Shown here one piece after another: positions 1 to 10,922 of a DNA stretch of 64,000 bases; position 1 is the first letter of the stretch; each line of letters begins with the position of its first letter. The notes below the pieces were generated by a model that had not been told where the DNA came from, ran no database searches, and saw only the letters and a program-made list of their open reading frames with translations. The translations under genes were made by a program, and so were the position numbers. Source of the stretch: an uncultured Candidatus Saccharibacteria bacterium (GTDB taxonomy: Bacteria; Patescibacteriota; Andersenbacteria; UBA10190); contig CAZSUC010000001.1 of NCBI GenBank assembly GCA_964610055.1, positions 431,912 to 495,911 of the forward strand. The letters run 5' to 3'.

Positions 1-557
1 TCTTTCTTTTTTGGGTCAATCTGCGCTTCTAATAATTTTATTCTTAACATCCAATCTCGTAATTTTGGATTCATACCTAAGCCAATAAAATCATCAAAAC
101 TCATTAATTGGACAGATATTCTTTCCCCTCCTTCTAGTTCTGGTTCCGTCACCTTTGTTGCATCTCGGCCGATAAAAGCATGTACTAAATATTCTGTTTT
201 TCCACTTGGCTGGTATGTATGCCAATGCACTACTGTTTTCGGTGCGTATCCAGTCTCTTCTAGTAACTCTCGTTGTGCTCCTCTCTCCGGATCTTCATTA
301 GGATCAACTTTTCCTCCTGCAGCCGTTAACACGCTACCTCGATCTGGTTGTTCATCTTCAACTAATAAAACTCTTTGATCCGGTAATACTCCAATCATGT
401 ACGCGTAATCCGGACGCCTAGCTCGTTCAAATACAGCGGTCGAGCCGTCATATAATTCTTGTTCCCACTGCCAAATATCAAAAATATGCCCCGTAAATAC
501 TTTCTTAGCCGTGTTTGGCATTGGTCTAGTCGCGGCTGGATTCTCAACTGTAAACAT
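1..557 (-). CDS. NUDIX hydrolase (ADP-ribose pyrophosphatase-like), 3' end cut by window edge
   Basis: Minus-strand ORF starting ATG at 555-557 (MFTVENPAATRP...), no stop before window start; Nudix-box-like segment GGKVDPNEDPERGAQRELLEETG. Confidence 0.55.
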   Translation of the reverse strand, partial: MFTVENPAATRPMPNTAKKVFTGHIFDIWQWEQELYDGSTAVFERARRPDYAYMIGVLPDQRVLLVEDEQPDRGSVLTAAGGKVDPNEDPERGAQRELLEETGYAPKTVVHWHTYQPSGKTEYLVHAFIGRDATKVTEPELEGGERISVQLMSFDDFIGLGMNPKLRDWMLRIKLLEAQIDPKKK

Positions 558-673
558 GGCTCCATACTACGTTAAATTTTACTTTAACGCCAAATCAAAT
601 TATGCAAAAAACCCCGCGCGTCCGCAGAGTTTTTTGTTCCCCCAGTTAATGTAGCTACTTTGGGTGAAATGCC

Positions 674-1303
674 CTAGGTTAGGGCCGGTGTGTATTGGGT
701 TAAGTTCTGCAACTGAGTTCCGTTCAATTGTCCAGCTGCTGCCACGGCTTCTTGTATCAAATCGTACGATACTGATACTTGTTCACCGATGGCCAGACCT
801 TGAGTTCCAATCTGGTTCTGAATGTAATCTTCAATATATATGCGATGTTCATTTGTTACTTCGTAACCAGTTTGGTTTTCGCTTAGCCAGCGAGTGGCCG
901 CTCGCCTTGCTAAATGCGTAATTCCGTCACCTGCTTGCGCCACTTCCACAAAAGATGCTTCAGTTCGAGAAACTTCCGGTAATTGCGTGGCTGATTCAGA
1001 TAACTGCTCTTGGGTAACAACTTCTAAATCCGGTTTTGTATCGACAGCGCCATCACCATTAATTCCCGCGTTATTCTCTGCTAATTTGTCGACATCTTGC
1101 CCGTCTTCAACTTGAGCAATTTCCGGAGCAGCGTTACCTAAGCCTTCGTCTGGGATTTCTTGTTTATCTCCAGAAAAAGCATACACCGCGGCGACTACAA
1201 TCAAAACAATAATCAAAGCCGACACAGTTCGTGGAGATTCCTTAATCTTATCTAACCAACTTTTTGACTCCACTTCATAGTCCTCTGCCATGCTATGCTT
1301 CAC
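674..1303 (-). CDS. hypothetical membrane-anchored protein (single N-terminal TM, acidic extracytoplasmic region)
   Basis: 209-aa ORF; hydrophobic segment ALIIVLIVVAAVYAF after charged N-terminus; no recognisable catalytic motif. Confidence 0.4.
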   Translation of the reverse strand: MKHSMAEDYEVESKSWLDKIKESPRTVSALIIVLIVVAAVYAFSGDKQEIPDEGLGNAAPEIAQVEDGQDVDKLAENNAGINGDGAVDTKPDLEVVTQEQLSESATQLPEVSRTEASFVEVAQAGDGITHLARRAATRWLSENQTGYEVTNEHRIYIEDYIQNQIGTQGLAIGEQVSVSYDLIQEAVAAAGQLNGTQLQNLTQYTPALT

Positions 1304-1380
1304 CTCCTTTGAAGGATGTTGAATTAGGAAGAAAATCGACCATCATTTCAGCCTAAGAAGCAAATGCTTTCGCGTCAAAC

Positions 1381-2196
1381 TTATATGTATGTGGAAAACT
1401 CCTTTTGTCGCTCAATTAATAACGGAAATTCTATAGTTGCCTGCCATATACGCCTATATCGTGCTGGATCAAGCCATAGGCGCCACAACCATTCTGCGTT
1501 AATTTTACGCATCCAATAAGGAGCGCGTGGTTTTTCTTCGCTTAAAATCGCAAATGCTCCTCCAACCCCAATCGCTATCCGTACGCTCGGCAAGTCTGAT
1601 CGATGTCGTTCAATCCAAATAGTTTGTTTTGGTGATCCATATGCAACTAATAAAACAGTTGGTCGAGCTTTGTTAATCTCATCTAAAATACGTTGTGGCC
1701 CTTTTTCGTCATAAACATGGCCTGAACTAAAAGATACGTGCAAACCAGGAAAACGTTGTCGTAACCATCTCGCTGTTTTTTGGGCCTGGATTTCTGTTCC
1801 TCCTAATAAGTACATTGATTCTTTTTGTGCTTCGCATAATTGTGCTAAATGCATCACCGAATCAACTCCGGTAATTCTTTCCACCTGCACAAATGGGAAA
1901 GCTAATAAACTAGGCCATAACGACCAAAAATTCGAGCGTAAAAACCAACGCGCCCATACTAATCCAGCTCCATCCGGCACGCGAATATCCGCTCCTTGAA
2001 CCGCCTCTGTAAATTCTGGAAATTTTTCCGCTTGCATTACCATTTCCGGATTTAAGGTCACAATATGTCGCAATTGATTTTCTTTTAACCAGGCGCGGCA
2101 CAAATGTATATAGTCTTCTGGAAGAATATAGTCACATTTAACCTTACCTAGAGTTAATTGTTCTATTTGATTAATTATCGAAATGGAATCTCGCAT
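1381..2196 (-). CDS. WecB/TagA/CpsF family glycosyltransferase
   Basis: 271 aa; family-typical segments TLNPEMV, GADIRVPDGAGLVWA, VAYGSPKQTIWIERH, IGVGGAFAILSE. Confidence 0.75.
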   Translation of the reverse strand: MRDSISIINQIEQLTLGKVKCDYILPEDYIHLCRAWLKENQLRHIVTLNPEMVMQAEKFPEFTEAVQGADIRVPDGAGLVWARWFLRSNFWSLWPSLLAFPFVQVERITGVDSVMHLAQLCEAQKESMYLLGGTEIQAQKTARWLRQRFPGLHVSFSSGHVYDEKGPQRILDEINKARPTVLLVAYGSPKQTIWIERHRSDLPSVRIAIGVGGAFAILSEEKPRAPYWMRKINAEWLWRLWLDPARYRRIWQATIEFPLLIERQKEFSTYI

Positions 2197-2774
2197 AAAG
2201 GCTTGTATTGCACCCCCTGAGGAGTTAATAAACTGCTATATAATATTACCGCTGGCACGCTAAAATTAACTGTTAAAGGAACATCGGCTAATCCTACTCC
2301 ACCTGCTGCCGGGTAAAAATCTCCTACATGAATATGAGGCACAAAATCTTGTTTTATCGTTTCCGCCGGAATTGGGAAACGCATTTTTTTAAGTCTTTGC
2401 AATAATTCCTCGCGAATATTAAGCAAAACTTGATTCTTTTCAACATACGCCCACAACTGATCTCTCTTTCGTCCCCGGCCCAAATACATTAATCTAAAAC
2501 CTGGCGTAAATGATTGTCGCAGTGGCTTGCTTAAACGTGCCACGTATTGCTGTGGATTCATGACTTCTCCCAGCCATGCCAATGTTATATGCCAATTACT
2601 TCCTGGTACCATCTTATCAGTTACATGAGCAAAATTAGGTATCACGCCTTGAACGCTCTCCTGAACGTGTTGGGGCGCGGGAACAGCTAAAAAGACCCTA
2701 ATTGGTTGTTCGGTATCACTATACATATCTTTTAGACTATATGGCTGATCTTGGTCGCTATCAAGCAGCTTCAA
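2175..2774 (-). CDS. 2H phosphoesterase / LigT-like RNA 2',3'-cyclic phosphodiesterase (tentative)
   Basis: 199 aa; two H-x-T/H-x-H motifs (HITLAWLG and PHIHVGDF) at the spacing typical of the 2H superfamily. Confidence 0.4.
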   Translation of the reverse strand: MKLLDSDQDQPYSLKDMYSDTEQPIRVFLAVPAPQHVQESVQGVIPNFAHVTDKMVPGSNWHITLAWLGEVMNPQQYVARLSKPLRQSFTPGFRLMYLGRGRKRDQLWAYVEKNQVLLNIREELLQRLKKMRFPIPAETIKQDFVPHIHVGDFYPAAGGVGLADVPLTVNFSVPAVILYSSLLTPQGVQYKPLCEIPFR

Positions 2775-2822
2775 AATTTTATTTATGCTAAGATTGCCTT
2801 AACTTAGGGGGATATAACATTC

Positions 2823-3341
2823 ATGTATAACAAACTTGCCCGTTCCGCAGTTGAATATCTGGTAAAATACGACCAATATTTACCAATTCCCGGTTCATTA
2901 GCGCCTGATTTATCTCGTCAGCGCGCTTGTTTTGTCACAATTACTGAGCGCCCTGGCAACAAGCTCATTGCTCAGTACGGGTCATTATTACCTAAATATT
3001 CAAACCTAGCCGAAGAAATATTTGCTAACGCCGCTCAAGCTGTCTTGTCTCATTCTGCTAAACGCTTGCGTCGCCCTGATCTCCCGCACTTGTCTTATTC
3101 AGTTGCTATTATTAGCCCACTTCAGCGTGTCGGAGATATTACTCATCTCAATCCAGCTGTTTTTGGTCTTTATCTAACCACTGATCGCGGTAAGAGCGTC
3201 ACTATTATGCCTGGTCGAGCCGGTATCGAAACCGCTGACGATCAATTTGCTACCGCTTTGCGTGAAGGCGATATTCTGCCGCGCGAAGAAGCTTTAACTA
3301 TGTATCGTTTTGCTGTGGAGTATGAAAAATCAACGACCTAA
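2823..3341 (+). CDS. AMMECR1-like domain protein (divergent; Cys of LRGCIG motif replaced)
   Basis: 172 aa; FVTITE...LIAQYGSLLP aligns to AMMECR1 FVTL...LRGCIGT..P pattern with C->Q. Confidence 0.35.
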   Translation: MYNKLARSAVEYLVKYDQYLPIPGSLAPDLSRQRACFVTITERPGNKLIAQYGSLLPKYSNLAEEIFANAAQAVLSHSAKRLRRPDLPHLSYSVAIISPLQRVGDITHLNPAVFGLYLTTDRGKSVTIMPGRAGIETADDQFATALREGDILPREEALTMYRFAVEYEKSTT

Positions 3342-5214
3342 GTACGCAGAAGTCGCTCCGATTGTTCCTCTGCCCGCTCATAGCCGCCAAGCTTATACTT
3401 ACGCTTATCCTGCGCACGAACCCATCTCTCCTCTTTATTCCCGTGTTACCATTTCTCTTGGACCTAAGCATTTAACCGGAGTCATTGTTTCGCAGCACAG
3501 TCATCGTTTAAGTTATCCGACCAAATCATTAGCTCCCCTATCTTCGGTTACCTTAACCGAAAAACAAATTCAATTCGCTAATTGGATTAGTCACACAATG
3601 TTAGGCGGTTTAGGATACACTTTGCGTCTTTTCTTTCCCCCAGCCCTAAAAAAACAATTACCACTACCTCCAGCTAAACATCATAAACCAGTCACCTTAC
3701 CTCGATCCGGAAGAATTGCTAATTGGCCGCCCCAATCGTCTCAACCGAGTTCTATGATGATTGCTGATCCGTTGCAGCGATTACGTCATTTAGCTTGGAT
3801 AGCGGCTCATATTGCCCGGGATGATCAGCAATGTCTCATTCTTTTTCCAGAGAAATGGCAATTAGATCGCGCCGCTGCTATTTTCCAGCCTCTATTTACT
3901 GACCAACTTTTAATTTGGCGAGCCAATACTTCTTCGCGCCAATCTTCTCAAGATTGGCATCGAGTTCAATCCAATGAAATTAAAATTATTCTGGGTACGC
4001 AAAAAAGTCTTTTCCTACCATTCAACCATCTCGGACTTATTATTCTAGAAGATGAGGCCAATTCAGTTCATAAACTTTGGGACGCCTACCCGCGCCTTGA
4101 TAATCGTTTAGCCGTGCTTGAATTAGCACGTATTCATCAGGCTTCTGTGCTGTACAGCGGCGCTTATCCTTCACTAAATCTGTCTTGGCAAATAACATCT
4201 AAGCTGGTGACTCCCATATTGGATCATCCACTTCAGCTCAATCCTTCAATCTACCCACTTACGTTTACTGACCGTGCTGCTAAGCGGTTATTACCGCTTG
4301 AATTCACGCATATTCTATCTGCCTGGTTACGCCAACATGAACGCATCTTTATTTTGCATAATCGCAAAGGTTCTTGGTCAACTATTATTTGTCGTCATTG
4401 TCGTTCTTCACTTAAATGCCCGGTGTGTGGAGTTGTCTTGTCTGTTCATGGTTCAAGTCGCCATTCTCGTCTTTCGTGTCACCAGTGTGGCTATGCTAAT
4501 CCCCTTCCCACAAAATGCCCTACCTGTCATCAAGGCCCCTTGCGTGTTTTTGGCGTTGCTAATGAACGCGCAGCTCAGTTTCTTCAAACTGAACTGAAAA
4601 ATACCAAGATTACTGTTTTAGATCAGACATCTTTGCGTCCCGAAAACATCAAACAATCTTTGTCTGGCTGGAAACGGCGTCATCTTTTTATTGGCACTAC
4701 TGCCGCTTTTTCGATTTTAGCAGAGTTAGGGATTGATCGCAGTGTCTTGCTTATGCCCGAACAATCATTGTTGTATCCTGATTTTCGGAGTGACGAACGT
4801 GTGCTAAGACAAATTATTCGTTTACGTGAATTCAGTCGTTCAAAAGACGTTTTAATTGTTACTCGTTTTAATCGTCTTGTTCGCGATAAACTAGACCTTC
4901 CGCTAGCACAAATTTATCAAAACATTCTGACTGAACGTCGGCGTTTACATTACCCCCCGTTTAATTCAGTTATTAAACTCACTTGGCAAGCGTCAACTCT
5001 TGCCAAAGCACAAACAAAAACAATCGCAGCGCGAGAAAAAATATCAAATTCTCCCTCGCTTATTATCCGTGGACCATTTCAATCCAGCTCTCAACGCTCG
5101 CGTAATGTGGCTGAATCCCATCTCTTATTACTCGGCCAACTTAACGAATTGGTTCAACTCTATCCCTCTCTTAAGCCTGATATAGTTGATATAAATCCAG
5201 AAAGAATTATCTAA
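3310..5214 (+). CDS. priA: primosomal protein N' (PriA)-like, Walker A P-loop absent
   Basis: 634 aa; PriA Cys-rich region CRHCRSSLKCPVCG...CHQCG...CPTCHQG; DExH-like LIILEDEANSVHK; the region expected to hold GxGKT reads MIADPLQRLRHLAWIAAH. Confidence 0.6.
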   Translation: MLWSMKNQRPKYAEVAPIVPLPAHSRQAYTYAYPAHEPISPLYSRVTISLGPKHLTGVIVSQHSHRLSYPTKSLAPLSSVTLTEKQIQFANWISHTMLGGLGYTLRLFFPPALKKQLPLPPAKHHKPVTLPRSGRIANWPPQSSQPSSMMIADPLQRLRHLAWIAAHIARDDQQCLILFPEKWQLDRAAAIFQPLFTDQLLIWRANTSSRQSSQDWHRVQSNEIKIILGTQKSLFLPFNHLGLIILEDEANSVHKLWDAYPRLDNRLAVLELARIHQASVLYSGAYPSLNLSWQITSKLVTPILDHPLQLNPSIYPLTFTDRAAKRLLPLEFTHILSAWLRQHERIFILHNRKGSWSTIICRHCRSSLKCPVCGVVLSVHGSSRHSRLSCHQCGYANPLPTKCPTCHQGPLRVFGVANERAAQFLQTELKNTKITVLDQTSLRPENIKQSLSGWKRRHLFIGTTAAFSILAELGIDRSVLLMPEQSLLYPDFRSDERVLRQIIRLREFSRSKDVLIVTRFNRLVRDKLDLPLAQIYQNILTERRRLHYPPFNSVIKLTWQASTLAKAQTKTIAAREKISNSPSLIIRGPFQSSSQRSRNVAESHLLLLGQLNELVQLYPSLKPDIVDINPERII

Positions 5215-5828
5215 CCAATCGTTTCTTTAACTGTCATACTAGTAATAATCGCTGCCCTTTCTTGTTCGTCTAGCTTCATGCGAATGTAACGAATTGTGCT
5301 TTTAAGCTGCGGAATTAACACATGCTCTAAAGCATTAACGCGTCGTCGAGTTTTTTCAATTTCTTCTGCGAGTAACTGTGCTGTTTTTTCTACCGCTGCT
5401 AATTCTAAGAGTCGAGGCAATACTTTTTGCAAGGCGGCTTGTCCTGCATCTAATTCAGCTGAAGTTTCCCAAACACCATATGTTTGTTTGGTGTCTTGCA
5501 AACTAATTTCAAAATGCGGAATCTTAACTCCCATCACATTTTTTTCACTCACGCCCAAGTCTAATTTTTGAGTTTGTACATGCCGCACCACTTGAACTGC
5601 CTGTGGCTCCATGGCGGCCTCTGCCATCATAAAATGCTTTAACGCCGCAACTAATTCCAAATCAACCGCTTGGCGCAAACTGTGAGCTTGCCGCACAATT
5701 TTCATAAATTCTTGCATTAAGCCATCTCTCTTCTCTTTCAGGAGCTTATGTCCTTTTGCCGCTAAAGCCGCGCGCTTTTTTAAGCGCAGCAGCTCCATGC
5801 GGGTTGGATTTACACGTAGCTGGGACAT
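5211..5828 (-). CDS. atpD: A/V-type ATP synthase subunit D
   Basis: 205 aa; signature N-terminus NPTRMELLRLKKR. Confidence 0.9.
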   Translation of the reverse strand: MSQLRVNPTRMELLRLKKRAALAAKGHKLLKEKRDGLMQEFMKIVRQAHSLRQAVDLELVAALKHFMMAEAAMEPQAVQVVRHVQTQKLDLGVSEKNVMGVKIPHFEISLQDTKQTYGVWETSAELDAGQAALQKVLPRLLELAAVEKTAQLLAEEIEKTRRRVNALEHVLIPQLKSTIRYIRMKLDEQERAAIITSMTVKETIG

Positions 5829-5848
5829 ACTTGAACTTATTTAGAGAA

Positions 5849-7237
5849 TTACGCTACCGCGTACTTCTCGATGTACTCCGGCTTAATCCGTTTTAACTCT
5901 CCCTTCGGCAAACCGCTTAATAATTTCCAACCTAATTTTAGTGTGTCTTCAATACTACGGTTCTCATCGTTTGCTTGTCGGACAAATTGATTTTCAAACT
6001 CCTGCACAAACCGTAAATATTTCTTATCTGTATCGGTCAAAGCTCCTTCACCCAAGATTACGGCCAATTCTCGTACTTCTTGTCCGCGTGCGTACGAAGC
6101 AAATAACTGGTTTGCTACTCCAGAATGATCTTCTCTCGTTTTGCCTTCACCGATTCCTTTAGGCATTAACCGTGACAATGAGCCTAAGACATTTACTGGC
6201 GGATAAACACCTTTTTGATGTAAATCTTGACCCAACACGATTTGTCCTTCCGTGATATATCCTGTTAAATCTGGAATCGGATGAGTCTTATCATTTTCTG
6301 GCATCGACAAAATTGGCAGCTGTGTAATTGAACCTTCTTCGCCTTGTAAACGACCAGCTCGTTCATACAAAGTTGCTAAATCAGAGTAGAGATATCCTGG
6401 ATATCCGCGTCGTCCCGGAACTTCTTTTCGCGCTGAGCTAATCTCTCGCAACGCTTCCGCATAATTTGTCATATCGGTCATAATCACCAAAACATGCATG
6501 TGCTGCGTAAAGGCCAAGTATTCCGCGGCCGTCAGAGCCATACGTGGAGTTGCAATTCTCTCCACCGCTGGGTCATCAGCCAAATTAATAAAGAGGACTG
6601 ACCGTTCAATCGCTCCGCGATTAGTGAAGTCAGAAATAAAGAATTCCGCTTCTTCAAAGGTAATTCCCATCGCTGCAAATACAACCGCGAATTCAATTCC
6701 TTTTGCTCCTTCTTTATGAGCTGATGGCACTGTAGCCTGACGCGCGATTTGTGCCGCTAATTGCGAATGTGGCATTCCTGCTCCGGAAAAAATCGGCAAT
6801 TTCTGACCCAAAACCAACGTATTCATCCCGTCGATTGTCGAGATACCAGTCTGAATAAAATCATCCGGATATGCTCGTGCTGCTGGATTGATTGGAGAAC
6901 CATTAATATCCCGTTCTTCGTCCGGTACGATTTCTGGCTTACCATCAATTGGTTTGCCTGAACCAGAGAATGTTCTTCCCAGTAAATCCATTGATACTGG
7001 TAATTTCAAAACATCCCCCTGGAATCGAATCTTGGTTTCCGGGATATTTAATCCGCTGGTGCCTTCGAACATCTGTACGACTGCACGATCACCATTAATT
7101 TCCAAGACTTTTCCACGTCGTAAGCTACCATTAGGTAATTCCACTTCGACTAATTCGTCATATGACACCCCCTCAATCCCCTCCGCAATTAACAAGGGGC
7201 CGGTCACTTCTGCTGTTGTCTTATATTCCTTTAACAT
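5849..7237 (-). CDS. atpB: A/V-type ATP synthase subunit B
   Basis: 462 aa; non-catalytic nucleotide-binding subunit, segments [11 protein letters not shown] and [27 protein letters not shown]. Confidence 0.9.
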   Translation of the reverse strand: MLKEYKTTAEVTGPLLIAEGIEGVSYDELVEVELPNGSLRRGKVLEINGDRAVVQMFEGTSGLNIPETKIRFQGDVLKLPVSMDLLGRTFSGSGKPIDGKPEIVPDEERDINGSPINPAARAYPDDFIQTGISTIDGMNTLVLGQKLPIFSGAGMPHSQLAAQIARQATVPSAHKEGAKGIEFAVVFAAMGITFEEAEFFISDFTNRGAIERSVLFINLADDPAVERIATPRMALTAAEYLAFTQHMHVLVIMTDMTNYAEALREISSARKEVPGRRGYPGYLYSDLATLYERAGRLQGEEGSITQLPILSMPENDKTHPIPDLTGYITEGQIVLGQDLHQKGVYPPVNVLGSLSRLMPKGIGEGKTREDHSGVANQLFASYARGQEVRELAVILGEGALTDTDKKYLRFVQEFENQFVRQANDENRSIEDTLKLGWKLLSGLPKGELKRIKPEYIEKYAVA

Positions 7238-7253
7238 ATCTTTCCTCCTTAAA

Positions 7254-9062
7254 TTAATTACTCGTAGGTGCTACCTCGGACTGGGATGCTATTTGTTCAT
7301 CCTCGGCTCGCAGTCCTTGCACCGCACTTACGATTTCTTTTTCAATTTGATCAAACTTTGTTGTTACGTCTTCTTCGCGGGTTAACTTTGCCCGAGCAAT
7401 CATTTCCCAAACCGGTAATCTCATTAAGTCAGATAAATCATAATCAGATTTCTCTAAGTGTGCTCTGGATGTGCGGTACAACAGGATGATTACTTTTAAC
7501 ATGCGGTACTGTTTGTTGATAGAAGTGTAGGTATCTACTTCATCAAATGCATTTTGTTGCAAGTAATCTTCTCGAATAGATCGAGCTATATGCATCAGAA
7601 TCTGCTCTTGCTTTGACAAAGCTTCCAAGCCAACTAAACGCACCACTTCTTCCAACGCCGCTTCTTCTTGCAAGATACCCATTGCCTCAGTTCGTAATTC
7701 TTCCCACTCCTCACTGGCTTGTTCCGTGTAATAACTGCCTAACTGATCCAAGTACAAAGAGTAGCTATTGAGCCAGTTAACCGACGGATAATGTCGACTA
7801 TAAGCTAACTTTTCATCTAATCCCCAGAAAACTTTTACTACGCGCAAAGTATTCTGTGTCACTGGTTCCGACAAATCTCCACCCGGAGGCGATACCGCAC
7901 CAATTGCAGTTAATGATCCTTCTCGCCCTTCTGAGCCTAATACTTTAGCGGCACCGGCTCTTTCGTAAAACTGGGCTGTACGTGATCCTAAGTAAGCAGG
8001 ATAACCCTCGTCACCCGGCATTTCTTCCAAGCGACCTGACATTTCTCGCAACGCTTCCGCCCAACGCGAAGTTGAATCAGCCATTAACGCCACGGCATAT
8101 CCCATGTCACGATAATATTCTGCAATCGTCATGCCGGTATAAACTGAAGCTTCTCGTGCCGCGACCGGCATATTGGATGTATTTGCAATCAAAATAGTGC
8201 GTTGCATCAAAGGTTTTCCTGTATTTGGATCCTCTAATTCAGGGAACTCTAATAACACGTCAGTCATTTCATTGCCGCGCTCACCGCATCCAATATAGAC
8301 AATTACTTGTGCGTCTGCCCATTTAGCAATTTGCTGTTGCACTACAGTTTTGCCTGATCCGAATGGACCAGGAACAGCTCCAGTTCCACCTTTGGCGATA
8401 GGGAAAAATGTATCAATTACACGTTGTCCGGTTACTAAAGGTTTACCCGGGACTAATTTCTTTTGCACGGGACGCGGTTGTCTAATTGGCCATTTTTGCG
8501 CCAATTGCAATGTATGAGTTTTTCCTTCAGCGTCAACTACTTCAGCAATTACTTCTTCTACAGTAAAACTTCCAGAAGCAATCTTTTTGATTTTACCTGC
8601 TACATATGGCGGCACCATGACTTTATGTTCAATCACGTCTGTTTCCGGTACTGTACCTAAAATATCGCCTCCGCTTACTTCGTCCCCTACTTTGGCTGTA
8701 GCGGTAAAATCCCACTTCTTTTCTAAATCTAAAGCAGGCACATTAACTCCTCGTGCAATAAACGCTCCGCTTTGGGAACGAATCACGTTTAATGGTCTTT
8801 GAATACCATCATAAATGTTATTCAACATTCCCGGCCCTAGCGTGACCGATAAAGGAGTACCCTCAGTGTGCACTTCCATTTCTGGTGCTAATCCAGACGT
8901 TTCTTCGTAAACCTGGATTGAAGCGGTATCACCTTCTAATTCAATAATTTCTCCGACCAGCTGTTGTGGCCCCACGCGCACTACATCATACATCTTGGCG
9001 CCTCGCATGTTCGTAGCCACCACCAGCGGTCCTGCAACTTTTTTAATTTTGGCGTTTGCCAT
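7254..9062 (-). CDS. atpA: A/V-type ATP synthase catalytic subunit A
   Basis: 602 aa; Walker [10 protein letters not shown]; typical A-subunit non-homologous insert region. Confidence 0.9.
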   Translation of the reverse strand: MANAKIKKVAGPLVVATNMRGAKMYDVVRVGPQQLVGEIIELEGDTASIQVYEETSGLAPEMEVHTEGTPLSVTLGPGMLNNIYDGIQRPLNVIRSQSGAFIARGVNVPALDLEKKWDFTATAKVGDEVSGGDILGTVPETDVIEHKVMVPPYVAGKIKKIASGSFTVEEVIAEVVDAEGKTHTLQLAQKWPIRQPRPVQKKLVPGKPLVTGQRVIDTFFPIAKGGTGAVPGPFGSGKTVVQQQIAKWADAQVIVYIGCGERGNEMTDVLLEFPELEDPNTGKPLMQRTILIANTSNMPVAAREASVYTGMTIAEYYRDMGYAVALMADSTSRWAEALREMSGRLEEMPGDEGYPAYLGSRTAQFYERAGAAKVLGSEGREGSLTAIGAVSPPGGDLSEPVTQNTLRVVKVFWGLDEKLAYSRHYPSVNWLNSYSLYLDQLGSYYTEQASEEWEELRTEAMGILQEEAALEEVVRLVGLEALSKQEQILMHIARSIREDYLQQNAFDEVDTYTSINKQYRMLKVIILLYRTSRAHLEKSDYDLSDLMRLPVWEMIARAKLTREEDVTTKFDQIEKEIVSAVQGLRAEDEQIASQSEVAPTSN

Positions 9063-9081
9063 AGCTGGTTAATTATATTAA

Positions 9082-9420
9082 TTAATTAGATCCTAAAATA
9101 TCCGAACCCACTGCTTTGATCATCAGATTTTTCATTTTCGCAGCCGCGACGTTAGCTGGTTGCAACGCGTTTGGTAATAACACAATTGCTGGCAATGTAT
9201 CTCCATTAATTTTTTCCACCTCAAGGAGAACACTTTCTGCCAACCCTTCATCAACAAAGATAATGCGAAATTGTCCTTCTTCTTTGAATTGACGCAGGGT
9301 TTTTAACAAATTCTCGCCATCCACACACGTTTCTACGTGAATTCCTGACATCGCAAAACCAAGTCCGCTACCTGGCGGAGCGATATAAGCTAAGGGTGTT
9401 GTGTTTATGTGGGCTTGCAT
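9082..9420 (-). CDS. atpF: A/V-type ATP synthase subunit F
   Basis: 112 aa; position between C and A in operon; GFAMSGI segment resembles subunit F GFRLAGI. Confidence 0.6.
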   Translation of the reverse strand: MQAHINTTPLAYIAPPGSGLGFAMSGIHVETCVDGENLLKTLRQFKEEGQFRIIFVDEGLAESVLLEVEKINGDTLPAIVLLPNALQPANVAAAKMKNLMIKAVGSDILGSN

Positions 9421-9422
9421 AT

Positions 9423-10346
9423 TTAAGCTGTTTGCAAGTATAAAGGTCGACGCAAATTTGTTATTGCTTCTGATTCCAAGCCCTGTGCGCGCGCAGTGAC
9501 TAATAAGCGCACAGACTTTGCTTCCATCTCAACCGCGTACCAAAAAGCCATAATCGAGTCATATCCTACTGGTTCATATTGATACGGGCGTACCAAGCGC
9601 ATGAGTTCTATATCCCAAGCGCGTTCGTAATCAGCGCTGCTTTGCTGCATTTGAACTTGTTCAATTGCTTCACGGGTCAAGGCCGGATAACGTTCCTGCC
9701 AAGCCACAAGCGTTTGTGACATACCTATTTTATCCGACGATTGACGTATTTCGCGATCACACTCTAAGCGATCCTGATACCATCGCAAGACTGTGTGACT
9801 TAATGGAGTTTTAGCATTGGCTTTCATAGTCTTTAAAACCACTGCCTCTGCTTCGTCCATTACTGTTTTCGTCGATTCTGGCGCATCGGGATCAAGCGTT
9901 AACATCTGGTGAACATAATCTTGCCAATTTTTTGGCAATGCCTCCCATCCTACTTCATCCCAAATTACGCTTTGCCATGTTTCAGGCAAAACACTGCCCA
10001 AACGTGATAAGGTTTGAGGCGCTGTTTGTCCGCTCATTTTATCTAAGATCGCTGCTGCCGCATTCAGTCCGTCATAGCGAGCTTGATAAAACTGCAGCAC
10101 CCTCTCATCCGTAATCATTTCATCTAGCCAGGTTTTTAGACGAACAAGACGCTCTTCAATTGCGCGTTCCGCCACGTCTGCTTCTGCCGTAGGATTCATC
10201 CATTTTCCGTAAGAAGTATCTACTAGCACATGAACCGCTTCCTGCAAAGTCGGCGCTTCTATGATGCGAGTATATTCATCCTCTTGCAGTAGTTTCATTT
10301 CTTCTGCGCGGATGATCCCAATTATATATGGCGTGTCAAAACCCAT
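9423..10346 (-). CDS. atpC: A/V-type ATP synthase subunit C
   Basis: 307 aa alpha-helical protein at the C position of the H-I-K-E-C-F-A-B-D operon. Confidence 0.6.
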   Translation of the reverse strand: MGFDTPYIIGIIRAEEMKLLQEDEYTRIIEAPTLQEAVHVLVDTSYGKWMNPTAEADVAERAIEERLVRLKTWLDEMITDERVLQFYQARYDGLNAAAAILDKMSGQTAPQTLSRLGSVLPETWQSVIWDEVGWEALPKNWQDYVHQMLTLDPDAPESTKTVMDEAEAVVLKTMKANAKTPLSHTVLRWYQDRLECDREIRQSSDKIGMSQTLVAWQERYPALTREAIEQVQMQQSSADYERAWDIELMRLVRPYQYEPVGYDSIMAFWYAVEMEAKSVRLLVTARAQGLESEAITNLRRPLYLQTA

Positions 10347-10357
10347 GATAATTTGTG

Positions 10358-10918
10358 TTAATTGAAGAGATGTTTAGCGATTTCAGTTCGATGCCGCGTA
10401 AACAATTGTCTAACCAAGTGTCGCACTCCTAAATTAATCTCGGTCTTTTCGTCTCGAAAAACTAAACCACCATCTTGAGGTATTGTGTCTGGACTTACTT
10501 GCCAATTATCTTGTTTACTGACAAGGTCTCGAACGATATTTGCGTGTTTTTCTCCTGGAATAATCTCTCCTGGCTGCTTAGGTAATTTATCAAGTAATGC
10601 CTTGATTAAACCTTTGGCCTGTTTATCATCCCATGCGAGAATTGCATTTACAGTATCTTGTTCAGTTTGCTCTAATTCAGATTGTTTGCTTGCCAAAACA
10701 TCAGCCTTGGCTTGCAGTTGTCGTTCCTGGTGCAATTTACTCCCAGCTTGTACTGCCTGTGCATCAGCTTGGTCTAAGATTTTTTCTTCTATTGCCTGGG
10801 CTAACTTTGTAATCCGTTTTTCTTCATGGCGCAATTGTTTTTCCGTTTGCACTTTAATCTCACGGATTTTATTTGCCGCTTCTTTTAAGATATTCCGTTT
10901 TAACGAATCAAACGACAT
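10358..10918 (-). CDS. atpE: A/V-type ATP synthase subunit E
   Basis: 186 aa, charged coiled-coil N-terminus, operon position. Confidence 0.6.
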   Translation of the reverse strand: MSFDSLKRNILKEAANKIREIKVQTEKQLRHEEKRITKLAQAIEEKILDQADAQAVQAGSKLHQERQLQAKADVLASKQSELEQTEQDTVNAILAWDDKQAKGLIKALLDKLPKQPGEIIPGEKHANIVRDLVSKQDNWQVSPDTIPQDGGLVFRDEKTEINLGVRHLVRQLFTRHRTEIAKHLFN

Positions 10919-10922
10919 TTAT

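Noticed and set aside
4274-4597. 107-aa plus-strand ORF inside priA
   Set aside because: Alternate frame of a confidently coding gene; hydrophobic low-complexity translation
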